A stretch of 22,636 bases of DNA from Candidatus Krumholzibacteriia bacterium. Its GTDB lineage: Bacteria > Krumholzibacteriota > Krumholzibacteriia > LZORAL124-64-63. The DNA lies in contig JAZBOO010000229.1 in NCBI GenBank assembly GCA_036351155.1, forward strand, positions 1-22,636, given 5' to 3'. The position numbers and the translations under genes were made by a program. Of the stretch, positions 8,842 to 15,531 are shown piece by piece (position 1 is the stretch's first letter; each line of letters opens with the position of its first letter). The notes beneath the pieces are model-generated. The model searched no databases. It had not been told where the DNA came from and saw only the letters and a list, made by a program, of their open reading frames with translations.

Positions 8842-9549
8842 ATGACCATGATCTGCGCCCACCGCGGCGCTTCTGCCTGCGCACCGGAAAACACCCTGGC
8901 CGCCCTGCGCCTGGCGGTGGATCAGGGCGTCCCCATGTCGGAGATCGACGTGCAGCTGACGGCCGATGGCGTGCCGGTGCTGCTCCATGACCTGACCATG
9001 GAACGGACCACCAGCGGGCAGGGTCCCCTGGCGGACTTGAGCCTGGCCCAGGTCTGCCGCCTGGATGCCGGGTCCTGGTTCGGGGCGGAGTTTGCGGCAG
9101 AGAGAGTGCCTACCCTGGAAGAGGTGATCGGTGCGCTGGGCAGTCGCCTGCAGCTGAACATCGAGTTGAAAGGTCGGGCGGGCCCTGAACTGGAGCAGGC
9201 GGTGGTGAAACTGGTGAGGCACCACGGTTTTGAGCGACGCTGCCTGCTGACCTCGTTCGATCAAGTGCGCATGGACGGGCTGTCAGCCTCGGACCCTGAC
9301 CTCAAACTGGGGTACATCGTGGGCTCAGGGTACTGGCGTGAGACAATGTTGGAGGCGCCGGTGGCCGTTCTGAGCCTGAACCGTTCGCTGGTCACCGCGG
9401 AGCGCATTCAGGCTGCCCATGCTTGTGGCAAGGAGGTACACGTGTGGACGGTGGATGAACCCCAGGAAATGCGGGAGCTCAGAGACCTCGGGGTAGATGT
9501 CATCATCTCCAACCGGCCGGATCTTTTTCCACGTTCAAATGTTCAATAG
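8842..9549 (+). CDS. Glycerophosphodiester phosphodiesterase (GDPD, UgpQ/GlpQ-like, cytoplasmic)
   Basis: Motifs AHRGAS..APENTL.A, EIDVQLT.DG.PVLLHD...RTT, LDAGSWF, PTLEEV, NIELK, VHVWTVD and GVD.IISN.P. Confidence 0.93.
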   Translation: MTMICAHRGASACAPENTLAALRLAVDQGVPMSEIDVQLTADGVPVLLHDLTMERTTSGQGPLADLSLAQVCRLDAGSWFGAEFAAERVPTLEEVIGALGSRLQLNIELKGRAGPELEQAVVKLVRHHGFERRCLLTSFDQVRMDGLSASDPDLKLGYIVGSGYWRETMLEAPVAVLSLNRSLVTAERIQAAHACGKEVHVWTVDEPQEMRELRDLGVDVIISNRPDLFPRSNVQ

Positions 9550-10011
9550 AAGATAGGCCGGATCGGCGGACACACCCTCCAGGTATTCCTCGGTATCGAT
9601 CAGCATTCCCGGCAAATCAAGCCCCAGTTCACACCCTTCGGCCCAGGCCACATGCTTGCGGGCGTGGGCCAGCAGGCGCTTGCCGCCGGCCAGCTGACCG
9701 GTGCGGGTTTTCAGATGGGCGGCGGCGCACTGGATCACCGCCTGCAACACGTGGCCAGCCGGCGAGCCAATGCCCGCCGCATGCCACAGCGCCTCGATCA
9801 CCTCGTGACATTCCCACCAGTACCCGGCGTTGAACAGATCGATCCCGTACAGGTATTGCTCGCAATCCTGCCAGGGATGGTCGTTCAACGAGGGGAGGTC
9901 GGGCTCGTTCTGGTCATAGGAGTGACCGTCCGGGTCACGGATGGGATGCGGCGAACGCCCCGGGACGTGCCGGTACTGGGGAAAAGGGCGCTGTGAATAT
10001 CGCTCGGGCAA
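9535..10011 (-). CDS. DUF309 domain-containing protein
   Basis: GIDLFNAGYWWECHEVIEALW...LQAVIQCAAA.. matches the DUF309 signature. TTG start lies 6 nt after the rhodanese stop, and the 3' end overlaps the convergent GDPD by 15 nt. Confidence 0.85.
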   Translation of the reverse strand: MPERYSQRPFPQYRHVPGRSPHPIRDPDGHSYDQNEPDLPSLNDHPWQDCEQYLYGIDLFNAGYWWECHEVIEALWHAAGIGSPAGHVLQAVIQCAAAHLKTRTGQLAGGKRLLAHARKHVAWAEGCELGLDLPGMLIDTEEYLEGVSADPAYLLLNI

Positions 10012-10017
10012 GGTGAC

Positions 10018-10722
10018 CTACTTCGGCGTCTTCACGATGGGTTTGCCGGCGCGCCGCCATTCGACGATGCCCCGTCTCAGGTTCACCACGTTGGTGAACC
10101 CGTTGTCCACCAAGATCTTGGCCGCCACGGTGCTGCGATTACCGGTGCGGCAATACACGAACACGGGCTCGTTTTTATGTTGTTCAAGGTTGACCACTTC
10201 CCGCTGAAAAACCTGCAGGGGAATCAGGCGGGCGTCCTGCAGATGTCCGCTCGCGAATTCGCGCGGGGTGCGCACATCCAGGATCAGGGGGTTGACGTTC
10301 GTGATGAAGTCCGCCGCCTCGGCCGAGGAAACTTCCTTGTAGGCCGAGGCCGCGTACTCGATGGCCTCGATGGTACCCTGGCCCTGGCCCACGCTGAACC
10401 GGTAGCTGCCCGGTTCGGGGACCTTGAAGTAAGGCTTGTCGTCTTCGGTGGCGGGGAAGGTCTTGTTCACGTTCAGGGCCGCGATGCGGATGGTGAACGG
10501 TTCGCCGGTGGTCAGCTGGGCCCGCACGTAGTCGCCCCGATAGATGGTGAAGTGCTGATCCTTGGCCACCGGATCGAAGGTCAGGACGCGCAGGCCGCCT
10601 TCGATGGTGCCGGAAACGGGGGGAGTCTGGGCCTGGTCGGAAGATCCGCTGCAGGCCGGAAGTTGCAGGGCCGCGAGAAAAAGCAGAACAACAGAACACG
10701 GGATTCGGATTCTATCGGGCAA
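10018..10722 (-). CDS. Rhodanese-domain lipoprotein with an N-terminal beta-sandwich (possibly cupredoxin-like) domain
   Basis: Lipobox-like LPA|C and RBS GAGGAGG upstream of the TTG start. The C-terminal rhodanese has ILDVRTPREFASGHL..A.LIP and active-site loop YCRTGNRS. Confidence 0.85.
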   Translation of the reverse strand: MPDRIRIPCSVVLLFLAALQLPACSGSSDQAQTPPVSGTIEGGLRVLTFDPVAKDQHFTIYRGDYVRAQLTTGEPFTIRIAALNVNKTFPATEDDKPYFKVPEPGSYRFSVGQGQGTIEAIEYAASAYKEVSSAEAADFITNVNPLILDVRTPREFASGHLQDARLIPLQVFQREVVNLEQHKNEPVFVYCRTGNRSTVAAKILVDNGFTNVVNLRRGIVEWRRAGKPIVKTPK

Positions 10723-10788
10723 GATAACAAGGCCTCCTCGAACAGGAATTCCCCCTCTCCTGAGGGAATGTTTTTCAAGAGGGGCCAG

Positions 10789-10797
10789 AGTATAACA
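10789..10797 (-). promoter_or_regulatory. Putative extended -10 sigma-70 promoter for the rhodanese-DUF309 unit
   Basis: The minus strand reads TGtTATACT, about 65 nt upstream of the start codon. Confidence 0.45.
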
Positions 10798-10843
10798 GAT
10801 GGGTGGGGTTGGCCAGCAAGGATCCCATCAGATCAGAATGGAT

Positions 10844-10872
10844 TTGAACTGAAGCACCGGTTCTGGTATTCT
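10844..10872 (+). promoter_or_regulatory. Putative sigma-70 promoter for the 10993 gene cluster
   Basis: TTGAAC (10844-10849), a 17-nt spacer, then TATTCT (10867-10872) with an extended -10 TG at 10864-10865. Confidence 0.5.
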
Positions 10873-10992
10873 TTACTGGCTCTTGCCAGCGTCAACAAGC
10901 CATCCCCGATCTCAGCCAACCCGATTCATGGGATGGAGGTGCACACCTGCGTCCTCGCCCAGTGATTAGTTGTGTGCCAAGGGGGTTTCTGA

Positions 10993-11652
10993 ATGTCCGA
11001 AGAACCCGCTCTCCATCATTGCCATTCCTGTCCTGCCGACTGGACCAAGGGCCAGTGGACACCCGAGTGCCCCGAGTGCGGCGGCGGCGCTCTGGAAATT
11101 GACTGCATTTTTTGCCAGGGCCGGTGTGGGGCCAGGTGGCACAAGGCCGTGATGGATTCCCATGACGAGGCCCGGGCCCACTGGGCCGGGACCTGTCTGC
11201 TGAGTGAAGAAGAAAAAGAAGAGATCCGGAGCCTGGGCATCGATAAGTACGAAAAGGAGAGGAAACGGAGGATGCGGAGAAGCCGGCCCGCCGTGGGAGT
11301 GGCCGTGCTGGGCTTCATGGGGGCGCTGGTACTGGTCGGGTTGGTGATGACCAACAACCTGGAAAACTTCACCCGCTGGCTGGGACTGTCCAGCGATGAG
11401 GCGGTGCATGAGGTTGCTCAAGACCAGACGAATGAGACCATCGACCTTGACCAGGGTCTTCTGCCCAGCGAGAGCCCGCCCAGCAAGGCCGACCATTCCC
11501 GAGATCTCGCTGTGGAAGGTGGCAAGCAGGCAGGCCAGGGCTTGAGGGGTGCCCGGCAGGACTCCGTCCAGGGCGCAGCTCCTCCGGATACAACGCGGCT
11601 GGAAAACCGGGCCCAGGATGCGCATCTGTTCGAGACGCTGGGGGAAGATTGA
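10993..11652 (+). CDS. Hypothetical bitopic membrane protein with an N-terminal Cys/His-rich putative Zn-binding domain
   Basis: CHSC...CPEC...CIFC-x3-C...SH...HWAGTC, then a basic helix, one hydrophobic segment (AVGVAVLGFMGALVLVGLVM) and a polar, low-complexity C-terminus. Purine-rich RBS AAGGGGG upstream. Confidence 0.7.
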   Translation: MSEEPALHHCHSCPADWTKGQWTPECPECGGGALEIDCIFCQGRCGARWHKAVMDSHDEARAHWAGTCLLSEEEKEEIRSLGIDKYEKERKRRMRRSRPAVGVAVLGFMGALVLVGLVMTNNLENFTRWLGLSSDEAVHEVAQDQTNETIDLDQGLLPSESPPSKADHSRDLAVEGGKQAGQGLRGARQDSVQGAAPPDTTRLENRAQDAHLFETLGED

Positions 11653-11724
11653 GAGCGTGGGGGGTGACTGAGCGGTTGCTCTGAATCAAAGGGACCGGAA
11701 AATCCTGGCCGAAAACTCAGCAAA

Positions 11725-12336
11725 ATGATGTCCATGAAACCGACCCACGCCATCATCCTCGATTTCGAAGCCACCTGCGACCAGGGCAAGGCACCTCGGC
11801 CCCAGGAAATCATCGAGTTTCCCTCGGTGCTTGTTTCCCTGGATGATCACCAGGTGATCGACACCTTCACTTCCTTCGTGCGTCCGGTCCACCATCCCAT
11901 TCTCACCCCCTTCTGCACCGAATTGACCTCCATTCGCCAGGAAGAGGTCGACGCCGCCCGCACCTTTCCCGAGGTCCTGGCCGATCACATGGCCTGGCTG
12001 GAGAGTCACGGACTTTCCGAGTCCAATGCCCTGTTCGTCACCTGCGGCAACTGGGACCTGAAGACCATGTTGCCGGTGCAGTGTGGGGCATCCTGTATGG
12101 ATCCGCGGAGCTTGCCCCCCATCTATCACCAGTGGGTGAACATCAAGAAGATGTACTGCGAGGTGTTCAACCAGCCCAGGGTAGGGGGCATGAAAAGCAT
12201 GCTCAACGGGCTGGGGCTCAAGCTGGAAGGCCGGCACCACCGCGGCATCGACGATTGCCGCAACATCGCGCGCATCTATCTGGCGTTGCTGGCCAGGGGT
12301 GAGCAACCGGGTCCCACCAGTTCATTTCGCGCTTGA
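11725..12336 (+). CDS. ERI1/ERI3-family DEDDh 3'-5' exonuclease (likely exoribonuclease)
   Basis: ExoI ILDFEATC, EIIEFP, FVRP..HP.LTPFCTELT.I.Q..VD, ExoII VTCGNWDL and ExoIII GRHHRGIDDCRNIA. All DEDDh residues are intact. Confidence 0.92.
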   Translation: MMSMKPTHAIILDFEATCDQGKAPRPQEIIEFPSVLVSLDDHQVIDTFTSFVRPVHHPILTPFCTELTSIRQEEVDAARTFPEVLADHMAWLESHGLSESNALFVTCGNWDLKTMLPVQCGASCMDPRSLPPIYHQWVNIKKMYCEVFNQPRVGGMKSMLNGLGLKLEGRHHRGIDDCRNIARIYLALLARGEQPGPTSSFRA

Positions 12337-12340
12337 ACCG

Positions 12341-12371
12341 GACGGCGTGCTGAGGTATGGTCCGCGCCGTC
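12341..12371 (+). other. Hairpin directly after the exonuclease stop codon
   Basis: GACGGCGTG...CGCGCCGTC forms a 9-bp stem with one G:U pair and no U-tract. Confidence 0.45.
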
Positions 12372-12452
12372 GTCAACACGCGACCTGTTTGAACCATCTT
12401 CATCTTCTTCATGAGGGAGTGGCCAATGAGACATCTACATAGCCTAACGCCA

Positions 12453-12595
12453 GTGCAACTTCCTCGGCACAGCTAGAACCCTGACCCGGGGTTCCATTCC
12501 TTTCCGAGGATCTGCACCAGAGCGCACTTCAGGCCCTTGAACGCCTGAAACATTCGCGTGGCTTCCGCTTGCCTTTCTGTGGGCAAGAGAAGGCC
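12453..12595 (+). ncRNA. Candidate structured RNA element (cis leader or small RNA) upstream of the PcfJ-domain gene
   Basis: Nested stems GTGCA/TGCAC and TCCTCGG/CCGAGGA enclose GAACCC/GGGTTC (12453-12517). These are followed by TTCAGGC/GCCTGAA (12528-12549) and by GGCTTC..CTTGCC/GGCAAG..GAAGGCC (12560-12595). Confidence 0.4.
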
Positions 12596-12737
12596 GCCGT
12601 CTGCTGTCCACAATCACCATGAGACCAAGGGAGAAAGCCATGTCCACGATCAGCAGTACCCGATCGCCCAGGCTAACGTCACATCAAGGGCCGGCCCCGC
12701 CGTGGGTTGGCGTACCGCTGATTATTGGGAGAAGGAC

Positions 12738-14057
12738 ATGGGAAAACGAAAGGGAAAACAAGGCCTGACCCGCCGTCGCCGCGAGGAACTTCGCCTCAAG
12801 GAAGAGGCATTTCAGGCCCTGCGCAGGGATGCCAGGCTTGCGCAGAAAGAACAACAGGAACGATGGAACGCCGCGGTGCAGGACGCATTGCACCAGGACC
12901 AGTCCGTGCGTGTTCCGGCGTTCAAGGGGGCGTTGCCGCATCTGCCCGGTGATACCCAGGTGCGCATCTACACGCGCTGGAAAGCACTGGCCCAGGTGGT
13001 GGCCGCGGTGCGGCCCGGCTTGCTGGACGCGCCGTTCGTGTATGGGCTGGAAAAGTTGTGTCTGGTCGATCCTGTCGGAAAAGTGGCCGACTGGGTGCCG
13101 AAGGGGCGCGGTCTGAACGCGGCCTTCCAGGGCCTGGCGGTCCACCTGCTGGGGGAATACTGGCCCAGCAGGAACCTGCTGGACTGCCTGTTGATTCCTG
13201 CTCATTCCTACGAGGAATCTGTCCGGGTGGCCCGCCTGGTTCGGTCGGTGGCCGGTGGACAGAGGGTGTTCTCCCTGGTGGGAACGTCCACTCTGCCCGC
13301 ACCGTTGACGCGCCGCATGTGTCATCTGCTGGTCAATCCCGCCAGGGCCTGTGCGCTGGTGGCCGCCACCCGCCGGGCCCAGGTTCTGGCTCATGGTGGA
13401 GGAGAAAGGCTGGCCCGTATTCTGGGCGAGAAGGCCTGGGCTTCTTTCGGTTCGCGCCGCGTGGAAGCCTTCCGGGATCAGGCCATTCACTGGTTGTGCC
13501 GTCAGGAAAACCTGGATCTGGAAAAGGTGGAGCGCATGACCTGCTATCTGGATCAACGCTTCCACGAGGACGCAGGGTTCCAGATGAAAGGACGGACGGT
13601 CGATGTGCTGATGCGTCACATCGCGGAGTGGGAAGCGGAGCAAAGGGAGCTGGCCAGGATTGCCGATCAACGGGACTATGAACCTTCCGGGTTTTCCGCC
13701 CGGCACTGGACCAGGTCCCGCCGCGTGAATGGTCAGGATCTGCCTCCGGATGGGTATGTCATCCGGGAAATCCGCAATCCCCGGGAACTGGTGAAGGAGG
13801 GAACCCGCATGAGCAACTGCGTGGCGACCTATCATGAGGCGGTCCGAAACGGACGCTCGTCCATCTGGTCGCTGACCCGCAACGGGAAGTCACGGATGAC
13901 CATCGAAGTGCGCAAAAATAAAAAGGTGATCTGTGAAGCTCTGGGTTTTGCCAATCAGGATGGGCGTCCCCTGGAACTGGGTTTGCTGAAGATCTGGGCC
14001 CAGAAGAATGGTCTCCGCATTCCCGCTTATCTGTTGCCCATGGTGGAAGCGGAATAG
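12738..14057 (+). CDS. PcfJ domain-containing protein
   Basis: Start reassigned to ATG 12738 (RBS GGGAGAAGGA). C-terminal IREI.NPRELVKEGTRMSNCVATY...V.NGRSSIWSL...TIEV...WA is the PcfJ signature; it also has the typical F.MKGRT...L.R....W motif. Confidence 0.85.
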   Translation: MGKRKGKQGLTRRRREELRLKEEAFQALRRDARLAQKEQQERWNAAVQDALHQDQSVRVPAFKGALPHLPGDTQVRIYTRWKALAQVVAAVRPGLLDAPFVYGLEKLCLVDPVGKVADWVPKGRGLNAAFQGLAVHLLGEYWPSRNLLDCLLIPAHSYEESVRVARLVRSVAGGQRVFSLVGTSTLPAPLTRRMCHLLVNPARACALVAATRRAQVLAHGGGERLARILGEKAWASFGSRRVEAFRDQAIHWLCRQENLDLEKVERMTCYLDQRFHEDAGFQMKGRTVDVLMRHIAEWEAEQRELARIADQRDYEPSGFSARHWTRSRRVNGQDLPPDGYVIREIRNPRELVKEGTRMSNCVATYHEAVRNGRSSIWSLTRNGKSRMTIEVRKNKKVICEALGFANQDGRPLELGLLKIWAQKNGLRIPAYLLPMVEAE

Positions 14058-14070
14058 TCAATTAAAACAC

Positions 14071-14096
14071 CACCGGGGGTCGCGCGACCCCCGGTG
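14071..14096 (-). terminator. Intrinsic terminator between convergent genes (possibly bidirectional)
   Basis: Perfect inverted repeat CACCGGGGGTCGCGCGACCCCCGGTG. On the minus strand it is followed by GTGTTTTAATT. Confidence 0.75.
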
Positions 14097-14125
14097 ATGC
14101 ATCATTCATCAAATATTTCCCGCAC

Positions 14126-15382
14126 TCAATCCTCGGGATAAATTTCCCACTCCAGCCGCGTCACCTCACCCTGGAAGTCGAGCACATTCAGGATCAAAAC
14201 GCCTGGCCCGTACGCGTCCAGGAACCGCTCGCGCAGCGGCCACATGTTGAAAGTCCTGGTGGTCGACCAGTAGGCGTCGCAATCATCCATCAGGTCGTGC
14301 ACCGGCACCAGGTTCACCTGCACGGGATTGCTCTCCATGAAGCCGCCGGTCATCCACAAGCTGAACGGATGGTTGGGGTTGCAGCCGGTATAGCCCACCT
14401 CGAGCTCCAGGAGCCAGTGCCCCTGGATCTCGGCCTCCTGCAGGTCCCAGATATCGTAGTGCAGGGAGTCGGCCGGCTCTTCGGTGAACTGGATCACTGG
14501 CCAACCGGGCGGCACATCGGTGTACATGCCGAAGTTGGCGTCCAGGAAGCTGTGCAGCTGACCGTCGGGACCCTCGGTCAGGATCACCTGGCGCGGGTTG
14601 GGCGTGCTGAAGGCGATGGGAACGAAGGTGTCGATCATGGGATCGTAGCTCACCTCGTACAGGCCGGGCGCGGAGGCCTCTGCGGTCCACTGCCCGTCGG
14701 GGCGCACCAGGACCTCGGTCACCTCGCCATCGGGGGCCACCACGCGCACCACCCCGTGACCCAGGGTGCCCTCGTCGGCATCGTGCACGCCGTTGCGATT
14801 TTCATCCTGGAAGCACAGGCCGCCCAGCTGTCCCATGCCGGGGTTCAGGCCGAACTCACCGTGGGCACCGAAGGAAAACGCACCCAGGCCCGGTGAATGG
14901 AACCGCCACAGCTTGGCCTCGCTGGTTTCCTCGGGGCTGAGGATCTGGTCATCACCCAGAAGTTCCGAGTAGTCGAAGCCGAAAACCTCGGGCCCACCGG
15001 GGATGCCCCAGGGATACAGGAAGTCCGCGTTCAGAACGGACACGCTGCCGGGCTGGAACTGATCCAGCCAGATGGTCGCCGGAGCATAGAGGGGCGCGTA
15101 GTGCAGGCTGCGCAAGGCCACCATCAGGTCGACGGTCTCGAGCTCGGGATCCGTGACCAGGCCGCTGCCCACCAGCTGCACCCGCACCGGGGGACCATCG
15201 GGGTTGGTCAGGTCGAGGGTTTTCAGGACAAAGGTCCCGGCACCGGGATCCAGCGAGCCCTCGATCTGGACAACGCCCACATTTCCGGCGGGTGTTTCGG
15301 GGACGGTGGAATCGGAACAGGCCGTCAGGCCCAGAAGAGCCAGGCACAGGACGGAGGCCAGCAACATTCGGGACGATTTCAT
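14126..15382 (-). CDS. Multi-domain lipoprotein with an SdrD-B-like repeat
   Basis: Start reassigned to ATG 15382 (RBS GAGGAGGG), giving lipobox LTA|C. The central GGLCFQDENRNGVHDADEG...DGQW...PGLYEV...ANFG resembles an SdrD/Cna B-type domain with a Ca loop. The C-terminal domain contains GC..H.F...FMESNPVQ...HD..DDCDA. Confidence 0.75.
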   Translation of the reverse strand: MKSSRMLLASVLCLALLGLTACSDSTVPETPAGNVGVVQIEGSLDPGAGTFVLKTLDLTNPDGPPVRVQLVGSGLVTDPELETVDLMVALRSLHYAPLYAPATIWLDQFQPGSVSVLNADFLYPWGIPGGPEVFGFDYSELLGDDQILSPEETSEAKLWRFHSPGLGAFSFGAHGEFGLNPGMGQLGGLCFQDENRNGVHDADEGTLGHGVVRVVAPDGEVTEVLVRPDGQWTAEASAPGLYEVSYDPMIDTFVPIAFSTPNPRQVILTEGPDGQLHSFLDANFGMYTDVPPGWPVIQFTEEPADSLHYDIWDLQEAEIQGHWLLELEVGYTGCNPNHPFSLWMTGGFMESNPVQVNLVPVHDLMDDCDAYWSTTRTFNMWPLRERFLDAYGPGVLILNVLDFQGEVTRLEWEIYPED

Positions 15383-15463
15383 GTTTCCCTCCTCGGGTGA
15401 GTGGTCGCACCCATCATTATACACAAATCCCGGCCTTCAAGGCACTCCCGGCCATCATTCTTG

Positions 15464-15492
15464 CTGACGGCCACCTGCCCCGTGAGTATGAT
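15464..15492 (+). promoter_or_regulatory. Putative sigma-70 promoter of the glpX-like/sulP operon
   Basis: CTGACG, a 17-nt spacer, then TATGAT, about 40 nt upstream of the ATG. A divergent perfect TATAAT lies on the minus strand at 15416-15421. Confidence 0.45.
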
Positions 15493-15531
15493 ATCCTCAG
15501 AAAACTCCAAGTTTCCCAAGGAGATGCCGTC

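Noticed and set aside
10933..10965. Tiny ORF MEVHTCVLAQ and weak stems in the 5' region of the 10993 gene
   Set aside because: There is no convincing RBS spacing and the stems are short; it is indistinguishable from background.
12558..12737. N-terminal extensions in the ORF track (PcfJ from 12558; also 6818, 8884, 15292, 15424, 19105, 20702 and 21726)
   Set aside because: Downstream starts have better RBSs and/or give proper signal peptides or family N-termini. Several of the extensions overlap neighbouring genes.
12337..12737. tRNA or known riboswitch in the long spacer
   Set aside because: I could not find a cloverleaf with a TTCRA T-loop, or conserved cores of the common riboswitches. 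The region is kept only as an unassigned structured element.
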